A stretch of DNA of 63,414 nt, filler included, from Trichomonas gallinae (lineage: Eukaryota), in NCBI GenBank assembly GCA_008369845.1. It is 7 parts of 7 records of this genome, joined end to end, with 100 filler letters (N's around TTAATTAATTAA, not from the genome) between each part and the next. Parts side by side here need not be neighbours in the genome. Positions count along the whole stretch, not along the records: positions 34,002 to 35,597 come from MRSU01001259.1; positions 35,698 to 41,599 come from MRSU01001260.1; positions 41,700 to 51,502 come from MRSU01001266.1; 4 more parts are not named here. One strand, given 5' to 3'. A program made the translations under genes and the position numbers. Shown one piece after another: positions 34,002 through 45,102 of this stretch (positions are counted from its first letter, which is position 1; each line of letters starts with the position of its first letter). The notes under the pieces were generated by a model. The model was not told the DNA's origin, did no database searches, and was given only the letters and a program-made list of their open reading frames with translations.

Positions 34002-35597
34002 TTGTTAAATACGATGATGGATCTTATTTTAATGCATATTATCGAATAAATTCTCAAAAAACTCCATGGTTGAAGTATCAACGTCAAATCGATTCCTAAA
34101 CTAGTTGAATATCTGGAACATTTTTTCCAGAGATCGGTAATTGTTGGTTCTCTTGTCCGTTTACTTGTCTTAACTATTTCATTTATATTCAAAGATAATG
34201 AATCTGGTTGGAATCTAAACTTGGAAATAAATGTTCTTTTCCGAAAATTTTCTCGTGCATATTGTAATCATTGTCACTTTTATTATTTGTTATTTATATT
34301 CAATTCATATTGCTGATTCCCTCGACAAACTAATTCGTACAGGACCTCACTGAAATACTTGCAAGAAAAACCAGCAATTGTAATTGGATGTACATTACGT
34401 CAGAAGATCATTCTGCCTTCACATGTTGTTAGCATTTCGAGAAAATCAATACACAAACGCTGAGACAAGTCGTATTTCAACAATGTCGTTCGGAATTTTA
34501 GTTTTCTGGTCCAATATACTTCTATTCTTTGACAATCTGGTCGACAAATACCTTGGTATCAATTTTCATTTTTAATGTCACAGATCCGAGTCTACGAAGC
34601 TTTTGATAGCACCTTAAATCTGGTTTCTATTAAAAAGCGTATGATTTTTTCAGTTCAAAAGTCAATTGCTCAATGCTTGTACCTGCTCAAAGGATTTTAA
34701 TTAGAAAATTTATAAAATAACGTCAATTTCTCCACTAATAGGAACGATACTCGTTCAAAAAAATCCGAAATGACTTTCTAACTACAAAACATGAGGAACA
34801 ATATTACCTTTCTCTACAAGTATAAGCATTGATGCCTATTGATATGTTTGTAGAGCTTCTATTTAATTTCGACATTAATATTAAATATATTTGTTTTGTA
34901 AATCGATTTCGTTTTGAATACATGGCATACTGGATGATCACATACTTTTTGAAAAAAAGAATCTAATATTTAGAATTAAACATTGAATTTAAGGGTGCAT
35001 TACACATCCTCAATAATGACCTTAATTTTATCCTTAAAGTGCATTTCAGCTTAGTTAAGGGTTGACCGACATTCTTTGAGAGGAGGTGCCACCAAATTTT
35101 GGAAATATTTTCTTGATGGTCTAGACCTTGCGGATACACTAAATTTTTATAAAAATACAACATGCTCTCAAAAGTATCTATTCCCCCTATGTATTAATGT
35201 GACACAGTATGGCTCAATTTCTAAACAATTTTATGATAATCAATATATTTTTCGTGTGTTAAAGTATATTCCTTGCATTTTCAATTGTTATTCCATAAGA
35301 CAACAAAATTGCGTATTTTACTGCTGAATTTTGATTTCTATGTTAAAAATCTTAATAATATGAATTTTTTACTTTTATTTTATCTTTTTTATCATTATAT
35401 TGAGAGAACATCTATTTATACATTAGCATGAGAGCATGTGGATTGCATGTCTGATGAAAACTACAATAATGTTTTTGATGAAGTCCAAACTTACAAGCAT
35501 TCATCAGATACATATAATAATTATACTGCATAACTTTGAGGTCTCAATAGCTTAGCAAAATTATAGGGAAAAAAGATATAATATTCCAAAAAAAAAA

Positions 35598-35697
35598 NNN
35601 NNNNNNNNNNNNNNNNNNNNNNNNNNNNNNNNNNNNNNNNNTTAATTAATTAANNNNNNNNNNNNNNNNNNNNNNNNNNNNNNNNNNNNNNNNNNNN
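35598..35697. other. Artificial contig linker / gap
   Basis: 44 N + TTAATTAATTAA + 44 N. Confidence 0.97.
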
Positions 35698-36174
35698 GGA
35701 ATAAAGTATACAAAATTCGGAATCAGTTTTCATTTGGAATTAAAGAAGCATTTGGAATAACCGCCAAACGGTTGGAAAATATTAAAAAATATCTATTAAA
35801 AAATGATTATAAAATTTCATTTATTCAAGCTACAATGACGTTTGGTTAAAATATTTTCATGAAGAAAAGAACTTCACTGTATCAAAAGACCAAATTCATT
35901 ACAATCTAAACAAAAATAATTTAATTCCCAACACAAAAATATATGATTTTACTACGACAGCAATATATATAGAAGATGCAACTATTTCATATAATAATCT
36001 CATGATATATTACTATGCAGAAAATAAATTCTAAAAATGCTGGAATTGTTTTATTCAAAACAAATGGCTGGACTATTGTTGATCATTGCTGCATGAAGAA
36101 TAATTCTTATAACAATGTAATGTACGGTCGAAAAAAGGCCAGTTTTTACATCCTTAAATGAAGCCACAAAAAGT

Positions 36175-37122
36175 ATGACCACATTATCGAAGGTTCTCGA
36201 TATTCCTTTCTTACAGAGCATATGCAACATGCTCAGCGACATGATTTCTCAATCGTTAGCCAATGCATCTGTTAGAACTACACAGCAAAATCAAGACCTC
36301 AAAGAAAGCATGAATCAGAAGCAGCAAGATATTATTAATGCTTTAGAAGAAAAAGATACAGAAATAAAATCGATATTAGAAAATTTCATTATATAGATTC
36401 ATCATATTGGAGGATGTGTTGAAAATAATACTATTATGTTAAACAAAATTCAGCCTTTCACGTGTCAGTCAAAATGATAGATCAATCAATTGAAAGAAAA
36501 ATTGCATTACTCCTATGAGTCGTTTTTTGCAAGAAGTTAAATCATTGATTAAAATTACTCAAGATGAAACAATACAATCAATATTTGGTTTATTTAATAA
36601 GTCTTTTGCTAAAACTGAAAATTCACTTGAAAATGTAACGCCGAAGATTGATAAGATAATTAACATAGTTTCTACAAATCAAAATCAATTGAGAAATTAA
36701 TCAACACACTAAATTCCATCAACAGCTCTTTCTCAGATCTCAAGCCATCACCATAACACCAAAACAAAACAATGATATTGTCAAATTCATGATTTTTGAA
36801 AGATAAATCCAATTGTGATATTCCCCATGTGTCATACAAAATCAATTATCTTGAGGCTGTCAAATTCTTATTATCACTTCGAAAGCATACTGGGGGATTC
36901 GACAGTCAAATACCTTACGATTTCCTTAGAATTGCCTGCGATAATGGTAGTTACGAAACACTTGAATATATCTTAAATTCGGATGAATGCAAGAATGTTA
37001 ATTTTAATTCCCTTCTTCGCTATGCCAGAACAGATCGAATTAAACAACTCATTGCATCCAAAATTCGCAATTCAAATTTGAACCAATATCCAAATGTATA
37101 TTACCAAGGTCAATTATGGTAA
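36175..37122 (+). pseudogene. Fragmented gene (coiled-coil N-terminal part, degenerate ankyrin-like C-terminus)
   Basis: Three consecutive same-strand short ORFs (36175, 36515, 36796); the last contains YLEAVKFLLSL and LRIACDNGSYETLEYIL. Confidence 0.5.
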
Positions 37123-37632
37123 AGGTTTTAGTTTAATGAAACAGTATCTAATATTGCGCCAAATTTTTGCGCAGATCATTTTTCATAAATTTTCATACTT
37201 ATAAAAGTAAACGTAATAATTTGATGCACTAATGTCAGTTCCCTTTTAGAGTCACCCGACAGGCATTGTAAACTTGACAAAAATGAACATCACAGCATAA
37301 AATTGAACAACATCTTCATTACTGTCTGCTATTTTTAGACAAAAGATAAAAGAATAAGTATTGTTATATCTATGCATTGATAAGATTAACATTCTAAAAT
37401 TTTCATCATAGTTGGACCCTTAAATTTTTTTTTAGACCCTATATAATTTTATTTCTTGATATTTGAAAAAATATCATTATATTAGTCCAATTTCAATAAA
37501 AATTTTGCTCGATTCTCAAAAAATAAAAATTGAATAAAATCTCATCTTTATTAATTTGTATAAACGCTATAGAAACCAAACTCCTTTCATGTCGTATATG
37601 TTTTTTGCGCAGTTTATTTATTATAATTTTAC

Positions 37633-38232
37633 ATGTCATCCAATGCCAATAATGCATTCGTTAAGGGCAAAGTTGTTTTTGTAGGAGATTCTTCAGTTGG
37701 TAAGACTAGCATAATCAACTATATCAATAGTATATCTGGCGAGCCGCTTCCAACAGTCGGTGCAAATTCAAATACAGTAAATATCGAAATTGACAAGAAA
37801 TTGGTCACATTAAATGTCTGGGATACTGCTGGACAAGAAAACTTTCAATGTTTGGTGCCATTATTCGCAAGATGTTCGCATGTTGCAGTCGTTGTATACG
37901 ATTCTTCAAACTACAGCTCATTTACTAATATTGATAAATGGTTAAACTTCATAAGAGAAGATTCTCAAGTACCTCATATTATCATTGTCGGTAATAAAGC
38001 AGATTTAGATCCAGTTGTCTCTCCAGATCAAGTTAAAGACCTTAAAAACAAGTATGATCTACCAGTATTCATCACATCTGCTGCTACAGGCCATAATATT
38101 GACCATCTTTTCACTCATATTGCTGAGTTAGTCGATAATGACGACAAAGTCGAAGAAATACAAAGAAATCAAGTAGAATATGTCGTAAATAAGCAGGAAT
38201 TGGCCCCAGAAAAGAAGAAATCATGTTGCTAA
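37633..38232 (+). CDS. Rab-family small GTPase
   Basis: GDSSVGKT, PTVG, WDTAGQE, GNKADL, TSAATG; C-terminal CC prenylation motif. Confidence 0.95.
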   Translation: MSSNANNAFVKGKVVFVGDSSVGKTSIINYINSISGEPLPTVGANSNTVNIEIDKKLVTLNVWDTAGQENFQCLVPLFARCSHVAVVVYDSSNYSSFTNIDKWLNFIREDSQVPHIIIVGNKADLDPVVSPDQVKDLKNKYDLPVFITSAATGHNIDHLFTHIAELVDNDDKVEEIQRNQVEYVVNKQELAPEKKKSCC

Positions 38233-38543
38233 TTTTTATACAATTGTTCATTGAGCAATTTTAATACATAATATTATAATTATATGTTTTTTATTCATGC
38301 AATATATTATAAATATATGTTATGTTTCAGATAATTTAATAAAATAATTTTTTTCGATTAATTTTTCGAATATGATGCCTTTGATTAAAATAATATCATT
38401 ATCTATTGTGATATATTAATATTATTATATTATTTTGTGACATTTCAAAAAATCAAAAAAATAAAAATTCTTTTGGAGTTAATTATAAGAAATATATAGT
38501 GTTTATAAATTCAAAAATAAATTATTGATTGAAAATTCAAAAA

Positions 38544-41165
38544 TTAATGAAATGATTCATATGTTTGATTATTCTTTTCTTTCCTAAGATGCTTTTGGAC
38601 GCAGAATGCAGATATAATGATAATAAAGAAGCCAAAAGCAACAGTTATACCAACAATGATATAAACTGTTGACTTAGGAAGTTTGTGAGCAAGTTTGAAT
38701 ACATGTTCAAAGCTTAAATCAACATCGATGTTGGAAATCGTTAATATATTTCCATTGAGTGTAACTTGGCCGTTTGGAATGTTAATGCTTGGAACTTTTG
38801 TGCCCCTGTATCCATAGATGATAATCTTGTCTGCCTTTGGATTAATTGTTTCATCACCTTCATGATCAATTTCGATTTCTCCATCGTCGTACTCAATTTC
38901 AACTCTTAGGTAGCCACCACTCTTGTATTCCTTTGTTGTTCCATCATCGAAGTAGAGTTTGCCCTTGGCTTCACCATCTTCATCGAGGCAGATGACAACT
39001 GTTAACTTAGAGTTCAATGCTCCATATGTATCCTTGACTGATTCAGAAAGAAGAGCAGTGATTTTTCCACCTCTTAAATAAGCTGGAACTCCTTCACTGA
39101 TGTTTGCCGATCTTGTTCCATTCACCAATAAAGCGCCTGTCCTGAAATCATACCACAAGCCCGGTGGTTTAACAATGTCGACAGTTGTTGCGTTTTCTTT
39201 GACAACAGGAGCAACCATTAAAACGTCGCCAACTATCGGCTGGTAGTTAACATTGTGAAGGTCTTCTTCTGGGAAGTGATAGAATAATGGTGCAGCAAAT
39301 GGAATTCCCTTCCTAACAGCACGTTCCATGGCTGAGTAAAGTAATGGGAATCCCTGATATCTCTCGGAAATTGCCTGTTTGATTGCGTTGTAGATTTCTG
39401 TGTTGTTCTTGTATAGATATGGTTCTCTATATTCTGTGAAGTTTGCTGAATGTTCTCTGAAGAGTGGATAGAGAAGAGAACCTGCTTGGTACCAGCGAGC
39501 GAGAAGTTGTGCTGTTGTGTTCGATCCAAATCCGCCAACGTCAGATCCAGTGAATGGCTGGCCATTGAGATTCGATGTCAAAAGAGAATCAATGGATTGA
39601 CACAAGTGTTCCCATTTTGCGTTGTTGTCTCCCGACCATGTCCATGCGTATTTCTGTGTGCCAGCATAGAAGGATCTTGTCAAAATGAATGGTCTTGTTG
39701 CTCTGTTGTTCATTGCTTGGAATGTTGCAGCTGTCATACTTAATCCGTAAATAGAATGGACTTCTCTTGTTTCAACTGTTCCGTTCATTTGTAATGCGTC
39801 TTTAGGAAGTGTTCCTTCCATAGATTCCCATGCAGCGACTTCGTTCATGTCGTTCCATGGATAAACATTATCTGGCCAATCCTTATATTGCGTTGACCAC
39901 CAGTTTCTTACTTCATTTCTCAAGAAATCTGGCCACGATGAATTTCCTGGCCAGCAGCTTGCGACGAATGGCTTGTCTCCTTTCATCACGAAGTAGCCCT
40001 TGTTCTCGCACTCAGAATACAATGAGTAGTCGTCCGCTTTAGGCATGTGCGGGTCTGCAATTCTTATGATTGTTTTATGGTTGTTTTTCATGTCATCAAA
40101 GAATTTTTGTCTATTGTAGAAGAAAGTATCGCTGAATGTGAATGGACGCTTTCTGTCTAAGTGATCGATATCAAGCCACATAACATCCCATGAGATGTTT
40201 TCTGCTGTGAAATTGGAAATAATTTGGTCGACTTCTTTCTGACTCATGTATCCCCACTTGGATTGCTGATATCCAAGTGTCCATGCTGGTGGAAGCTCTG
40301 GCTTTCCAGTCAATTGGAGAAATTCGGACATAACATCCTTAATATCATCGACAGAAACAACAAAATCGATGAAACCACCTTCTGAAACGAATCTAACATC
40401 TCTTGATTTATCATTTGTATGAATGGAAAATAATAAATCAGTTGGATTCATCCAAAAAATTGATGGTGTGTATTTATATGAGCTTGAGTGAGCGAAAAAG
40501 AATGGAACATATCCATAAAGTGAGTATGCGTCTCTAGCATATCTCCTATCCTCACCATCAGGAAGATTCAATGGAGAATTGCTTTCATGAAGGCCTGTGA
40601 TGAATGATTTAGGATCAAATGAGAACGAAATACCAACAGCTGTCTTTCCATGTGGGAATGTTTCGTTCTTTCCGTCCCAATTTTCTATCGGAGTTTCAGA
40701 TCCATCTTCAATGAGCATGAAACTATCGGAATTGAGTGTAATATACGCATTCTTTTCGCGTAAAACGGTGATCTTTATGTTTTCTTTCGCAATAATAATG
40801 GAAAGTTTTTCATAAGTGATCATCAAGTGAGTTGCGTTTGAATCACTCTTTATTTCATCGAGATTGGCAATTTTAGTGGAGTCAACAATGAGGTTGTCGT
40901 GCATGAAATCATATCTATATTCTGATTGTGAAGCAGGCATAGCTACTCGAATACGGAATCCGCTATTTTTGATCTTGGATATCTCAAGTGTATAATTAGA
41001 AATTGCATTATTATACAATAAATCAAGTTTGTATAATTTTTTATCGATTAATTGATCGTTGCCAGCACTCCATGGCTGTGGAGTACTGCTATACAAGTTA
41101 TCTCTGCAAAAACGCATATCTTTGCATTCACGGAAGCAAAGAGAGAAAAGAAGTGATGCAAACAT
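38544..41165 (-). CDS. Glycoside hydrolase family 31 alpha-glucosidase, type I membrane protein
   Basis: Signal peptide, WLDIDH, WNDMNE nucleophile, ILTRS, WSGDN acid/base, GSDVGGF, FREH; C-terminal TM helix and YESF tail; Inr TCACT (41171-41175, minus) upstream. Confidence 0.95.
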   Translation of the reverse strand: MFASLLFSLCFRECKDMRFCRDNLYSSTPQPWSAGNDQLIDKKLYKLDLLYNNAISNYTLEISKIKNSGFRIRVAMPASQSEYRYDFMHDNLIVDSTKIANLDEIKSDSNATHLMITYEKLSIIIAKENIKITVLREKNAYITLNSDSFMLIEDGSETPIENWDGKNETFPHGKTAVGISFSFDPKSFITGLHESNSPLNLPDGEDRRYARDAYSLYGYVPFFFAHSSSYKYTPSIFWMNPTDLLFSIHTNDKSRDVRFVSEGGFIDFVVSVDDIKDVMSEFLQLTGKPELPPAWTLGYQQSKWGYMSQKEVDQIISNFTAENISWDVMWLDIDHLDRKRPFTFSDTFFYNRQKFFDDMKNNHKTIIRIADPHMPKADDYSLYSECENKGYFVMKGDKPFVASCWPGNSSWPDFLRNEVRNWWSTQYKDWPDNVYPWNDMNEVAAWESMEGTLPKDALQMNGTVETREVHSIYGLSMTAATFQAMNNRATRPFILTRSFYAGTQKYAWTWSGDNNAKWEHLCQSIDSLLTSNLNGQPFTGSDVGGFGSNTTAQLLARWYQAGSLLYPLFREHSANFTEYREPYLYKNNTEIYNAIKQAISERYQGFPLLYSAMERAVRKGIPFAAPLFYHFPEEDLHNVNYQPIVGDVLMVAPVVKENATTVDIVKPPGLWYDFRTGALLVNGTRSANISEGVPAYLRGGKITALLSESVKDTYGALNSKLTVVICLDEDGEAKGKLYFDDGTTKEYKSGGYLRVEIEYDDGEIEIDHEGDETINPKADKIIIYGYRGTKVPSINIPNGQVTLNGNILTISNIDVDLSFEHVFKLAHKLPKSTVYIIVGITVAFGFFIIIISAFCVQKHLRKEKNNQTYESFH

Positions 41166-41357
41166 TTTAAAGTGATTTATTCAAATCACGGTAGGCACTT
41201 TTCCGGTAATATCTTTAAAAACTGGTCTAGTATAAGTAAATGAATCAATAATGATTTGATTGATAAGTGATGTAAAAATGATTTTTTTCAAAAATTTCTA
41301 TAAGTGTGTATTATAAGAAATATAGCAATATTTATATATACACCTAAGAATGTCACC

Positions 41358-41481
41358 TAAGAATGTCATTTTCCTAAGGTTCTTCCAATGCAAAAATGCC
41401 TAAAAACCAATCTTCCAAGCGACGATTATTTTTGTAAAAATTTTGTAAAATACGAAAAAACCATGATTTTACCCGTTAAAA
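41358..41481 (+). repeat. Dispersed repeat copy 1 (possible mobile-element end)
   Basis: Nearly identical to 63289-63414 (CCAATCTTCCAAGCGACGATTATTTTTGTAAAAATTTTGTAAAATACG...); preceded by a 13-bp tandem duplication CACCTAAGAATGT. Confidence 0.85.
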
Positions 41482-41599
41482 TCACTGGTTTATTTAATCC
41501 ATTACACCTTAATAATGCATCTGATGCTATATATCATGTTTGAATGAAATGCTAAATTTTCGAACAGAGTTACTTTTTTCCTGTTCAATTTTTGGAAGA

Positions 41600-41699
41600 N
41601 NNNNNNNNNNNNNNNNNNNNNNNNNNNNNNNNNNNNNNNNNNNTTAATTAATTAANNNNNNNNNNNNNNNNNNNNNNNNNNNNNNNNNNNNNNNNNNNN
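41600..41699. other. Artificial contig linker / gap
   Basis: 44 N + TTAATTAATTAA + 44 N. Confidence 0.97.
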
Positions 41700-42045
41700 T
41701 AATTGTAACATGTAAAGATATTTCAATATGTTGTAAGTAGTAGTATGTGCAAATTATCTCAGGATTTCGATATAGCAAATAGTAATTTATCTGATTAGAC
41801 CATTGAGAACTAAAATTTTGTAAAATCAAGTCTATTGTATATTCATATCTAATTCATTTTGCAATCAAATAGTTTAATTATATTTTTCAAATTTTATTTT
41901 ATGAAGTAGAACCATTGAGAACATAAAGTTTGCTTAATCAAGCATAATATATAAGGATATATAATTCAATTCCATGTTAAATCGATTAATTTGAAAAGCA
42001 TCAACAAAAGAGATAATGCTTCATCTGTTATTTGGTTGTAATAAG

Positions 42046-43413
42046 ATGCCAAAGTTATATTAGAATATTGGATAGTATTAAAAATCTACCAAAGGAGGCA
42101 AATAAGGTTATATTATTGTTATCTTGAAAAGCTATTCTGAGGATCTTAATAAAAATTTTACTCCAGAGGAGCTGGACCAGATAAGGAGCACTCTTGGAGA
42201 CAACTTTGGGGTATCAGAAGACCCTACAATATTCGAAGTTGAATCAATTATTGATAAAATGTGGCAAGATGGCGTAGAATTATTCAGGGTTCGATGGAAA
42301 AACTATGCGTCCGATGAAGATACATGGGAACCACGGGATAATCTCGATTGCCCGGAAATATTAAGTAAATTTGAAAACTCAGACCGTGCAAAAGCAGTTG
42401 ATTTACAGCATGAGGAGTACCTGAGGGCACAATATACAAAAAAATCAAGGCCAAAAACTCCCAAGAAAAAGAAAAAAGAATCAAAAGTGAAGAAAATCGA
42501 ACAAAGTCCACCAAAAATGACTCTAAAAGACTTCACAATTACATCATTTCCGAATGAACAACAAAGCGCGACTCAACAAATTTCAATTCCATTAATGTCA
42601 ACGACAAATACTCAAACAAATCAAGATTCACTATTTGATTTACCTAGTCCACCACCAGCAGCAAAAGAAACAAAATCAAAATCTACATCAAAAAATAATG
42701 AATCCAATGTATCAGAATCTCAGCGAAAAAATAAAAGAAAAAGAAAATCGAAGGATAACGAAGAAAAAACGAAAGAAAAATCATCCGAAAAAATTAAATC
42801 AAAAAGTAAGGAGCCTAAAATGAGTTTAAAGGAAAAAGCAATGATGATGGAGGAAAATACGAAGAAAGAGAAAAAGAAAGCTCCAAGAATTAAAATAAGT
42901 ATTAAACCTACTGAAAAAGTTGTAAAACCAGCGACGAAAATAAAACCAACGACAAATTCTTCAGATTTCGATTTAAACCTTTCAGATTCAGACTCAGATA
43001 CGCCAGATCTAAGAATAACAGAATTAATTGATCAACCACCGCCTTCTCCACCTAAAAGGCCAGTACAAAGTGAGTCGGATAGCTCTGATCATATACCAGA
43101 TGACAGCAAATTTATTTTTCAACCTGGAAATCAAAATTATTCTAATTATCCACAAAAAGCAACTAATTTCCATGATTTTTACGATGTAGAAGCAAGTACT
43201 CGACTTCCAAGCGAATTAGATGGAAGAATAATTTTTCATTTTTCAAATCTTAAGTTTTCGGGAAGGAATGCCACTATTGATGCTCATCTAGATGATGGAG
43301 CTTGTTTCAACACAACAGTGGATGTTGCCAAACAATTATATCTTCAAGGTTTGATTACTTATCTAATTGATGAAAATTCTAACATTGATGATGTCGACTC
43401 ACCCGAACATTAG
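42046..43413 (+). CDS. Chromodomain protein, HP1-like architecture (5' end probably spliced)
   Basis: FEVESIID...FRVRWKNYASDEDTWEPRDNLDCPEILSKF chromodomain, K/S/E-rich hinge, possible chromoshadow-like C-terminus; the ORF-track start 42124 is TTG; ATG 42046 is proposed via short introns and the start is uncertain. Confidence 0.85.
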
Positions 43414-45102
43414 ATTTATTAGCTTGTATTTTGTCAATTGTTGTAAAGATAATATTATTGTTTGTTATTATAACAAAACAAAGAAAAATTTTAATACTTA
43501 CAAGTAGAATTGTTAAATTTATTGATTAAATATGAGAAAATCCATAATTTGATATATTGCCAATATTTTTATGTTTGCTCGATAATAAGATAAGAATATA
43601 ACTAAGTAGTAAAAGTATATAAAATGTATATTACTTAAATAGGCTATAATCGTTGAAAACTATCTAATAGTTATTTGCCCCAAAACAAAAAGTCTTTAAT
43701 GAAGCAAAAGTAGTCATTTATTAGTCGTGTTATTTGATGTAGTTTATTTTGGGGAGGTCCAAAAAGAGAATAAAGACCGTAGTAGAAATTCCGATAATTC
43801 CGAACAGTTTTGGACAAGTAAGATGAAGTAAGTTTCAGGAATTATACAACTATTAGACATGGCTATGCAAATCAAATGACATAGGTTAGCCTAAACGTAA
43901 AGTTTAGAGTTGATTTGCTCTTATTCAAACTGAAAGTCGCATTCCAGACTTTTTCGTCGAGGCTAATGCGTTATACAATCTTAATACATGTAATGTATTG
44001 TTTTTCCGGAATATGCTATTGATTTCACAGTTTTAATTTGTGAGTCAAATCATGACAAAATGTTCTGGTTTTAAATTTGATGTGCATACTGACATAGGAT
44101 GCAAAACAAAACAATACATTATATTTTTGATAGTAACCTCCATGGTTGATTTCATGTCGTAAAGAAGATAAATGTCCATATTTTAACACTTAATGCAGTA
44201 TGAAGAGCTGATTTAGAATCCAAAAGAACCAGAAATAGAAATCAGCTCATTTTAATTCCGATCAACACAATCAAAAATAATTCGTTACAAGCATGTGAAA
44301 ATAGCTATAGAATATGTGGACAACCTGGCAATGTTGATTATCAAAAAACAATCAAGAATTTGAGGTCTTTACATATATAATAGTCATATTATGTAGGATT
44401 AAAATAATAGAAAATGATCAAAAAATAAATAGCACAACTTTTGTGAAAATTGAAAATTTCGGTGAACCAAAAACGAATTTAGTCTTATTCGATTGGAAAT
44501 ATATAATATTTCATTGAAATAAATTTGAAATTATACTAGGTAACTTATAAATATCAAGAACAACCATTTATAGATTTGAATGCGATACAATTTTGTGAAG
44601 TGACGCTTAAATCTATTATAAGACAAATATATAAAAATTATTCCATGTAAAGATTTTTTTGAAACAAACTGTTATTTTATTTCGATTGAAATTTTTGGAA
44701 AATTTTATATGAACTGCATGGCTTTACGATTTATCAGAGAATTCGAAGAATTATTTTTTTATATTTTATTTTCATTGATTATATTTTGATCTATAGACTA
44801 TATACTGAATGTTATATTCTAGGACGTTGTATTCAAATAATTGATCAAACAAAAAATTGAAAAAAGTTTCAAATTTGAATTGCTGTTATTGCTGAACCGA
44901 ATTGCAAAATTATAATACATATATCGATAGCTAATTAAGATTTTGAATGACTAAAATTTTCATTGAATTATCTATTTTGGACAAGAAATCATGGACTGTC
45001 TGTAATGCAAGATTGAAAAAATACTGTAATGTATGTTCCAACAGTAGCTTTTTTTATGTTATTTTTTCTGTACATGTAAAATTTTCATTTTCTTCAAAAT
45101 AA

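Noticed and set aside
34002..35597. Contig with several short ORFs
   Set aside because: No intact gene or recognisable domain; probably decayed sequence that cannot be assigned by eye
42046..42123. Stop-codon reassignment as the explanation for in-frame TAG/TAA before the chromodomain ORF
   Set aside because: TAA, TAG and TGA all terminate well-conserved genes elsewhere in the window, so the standard code applies
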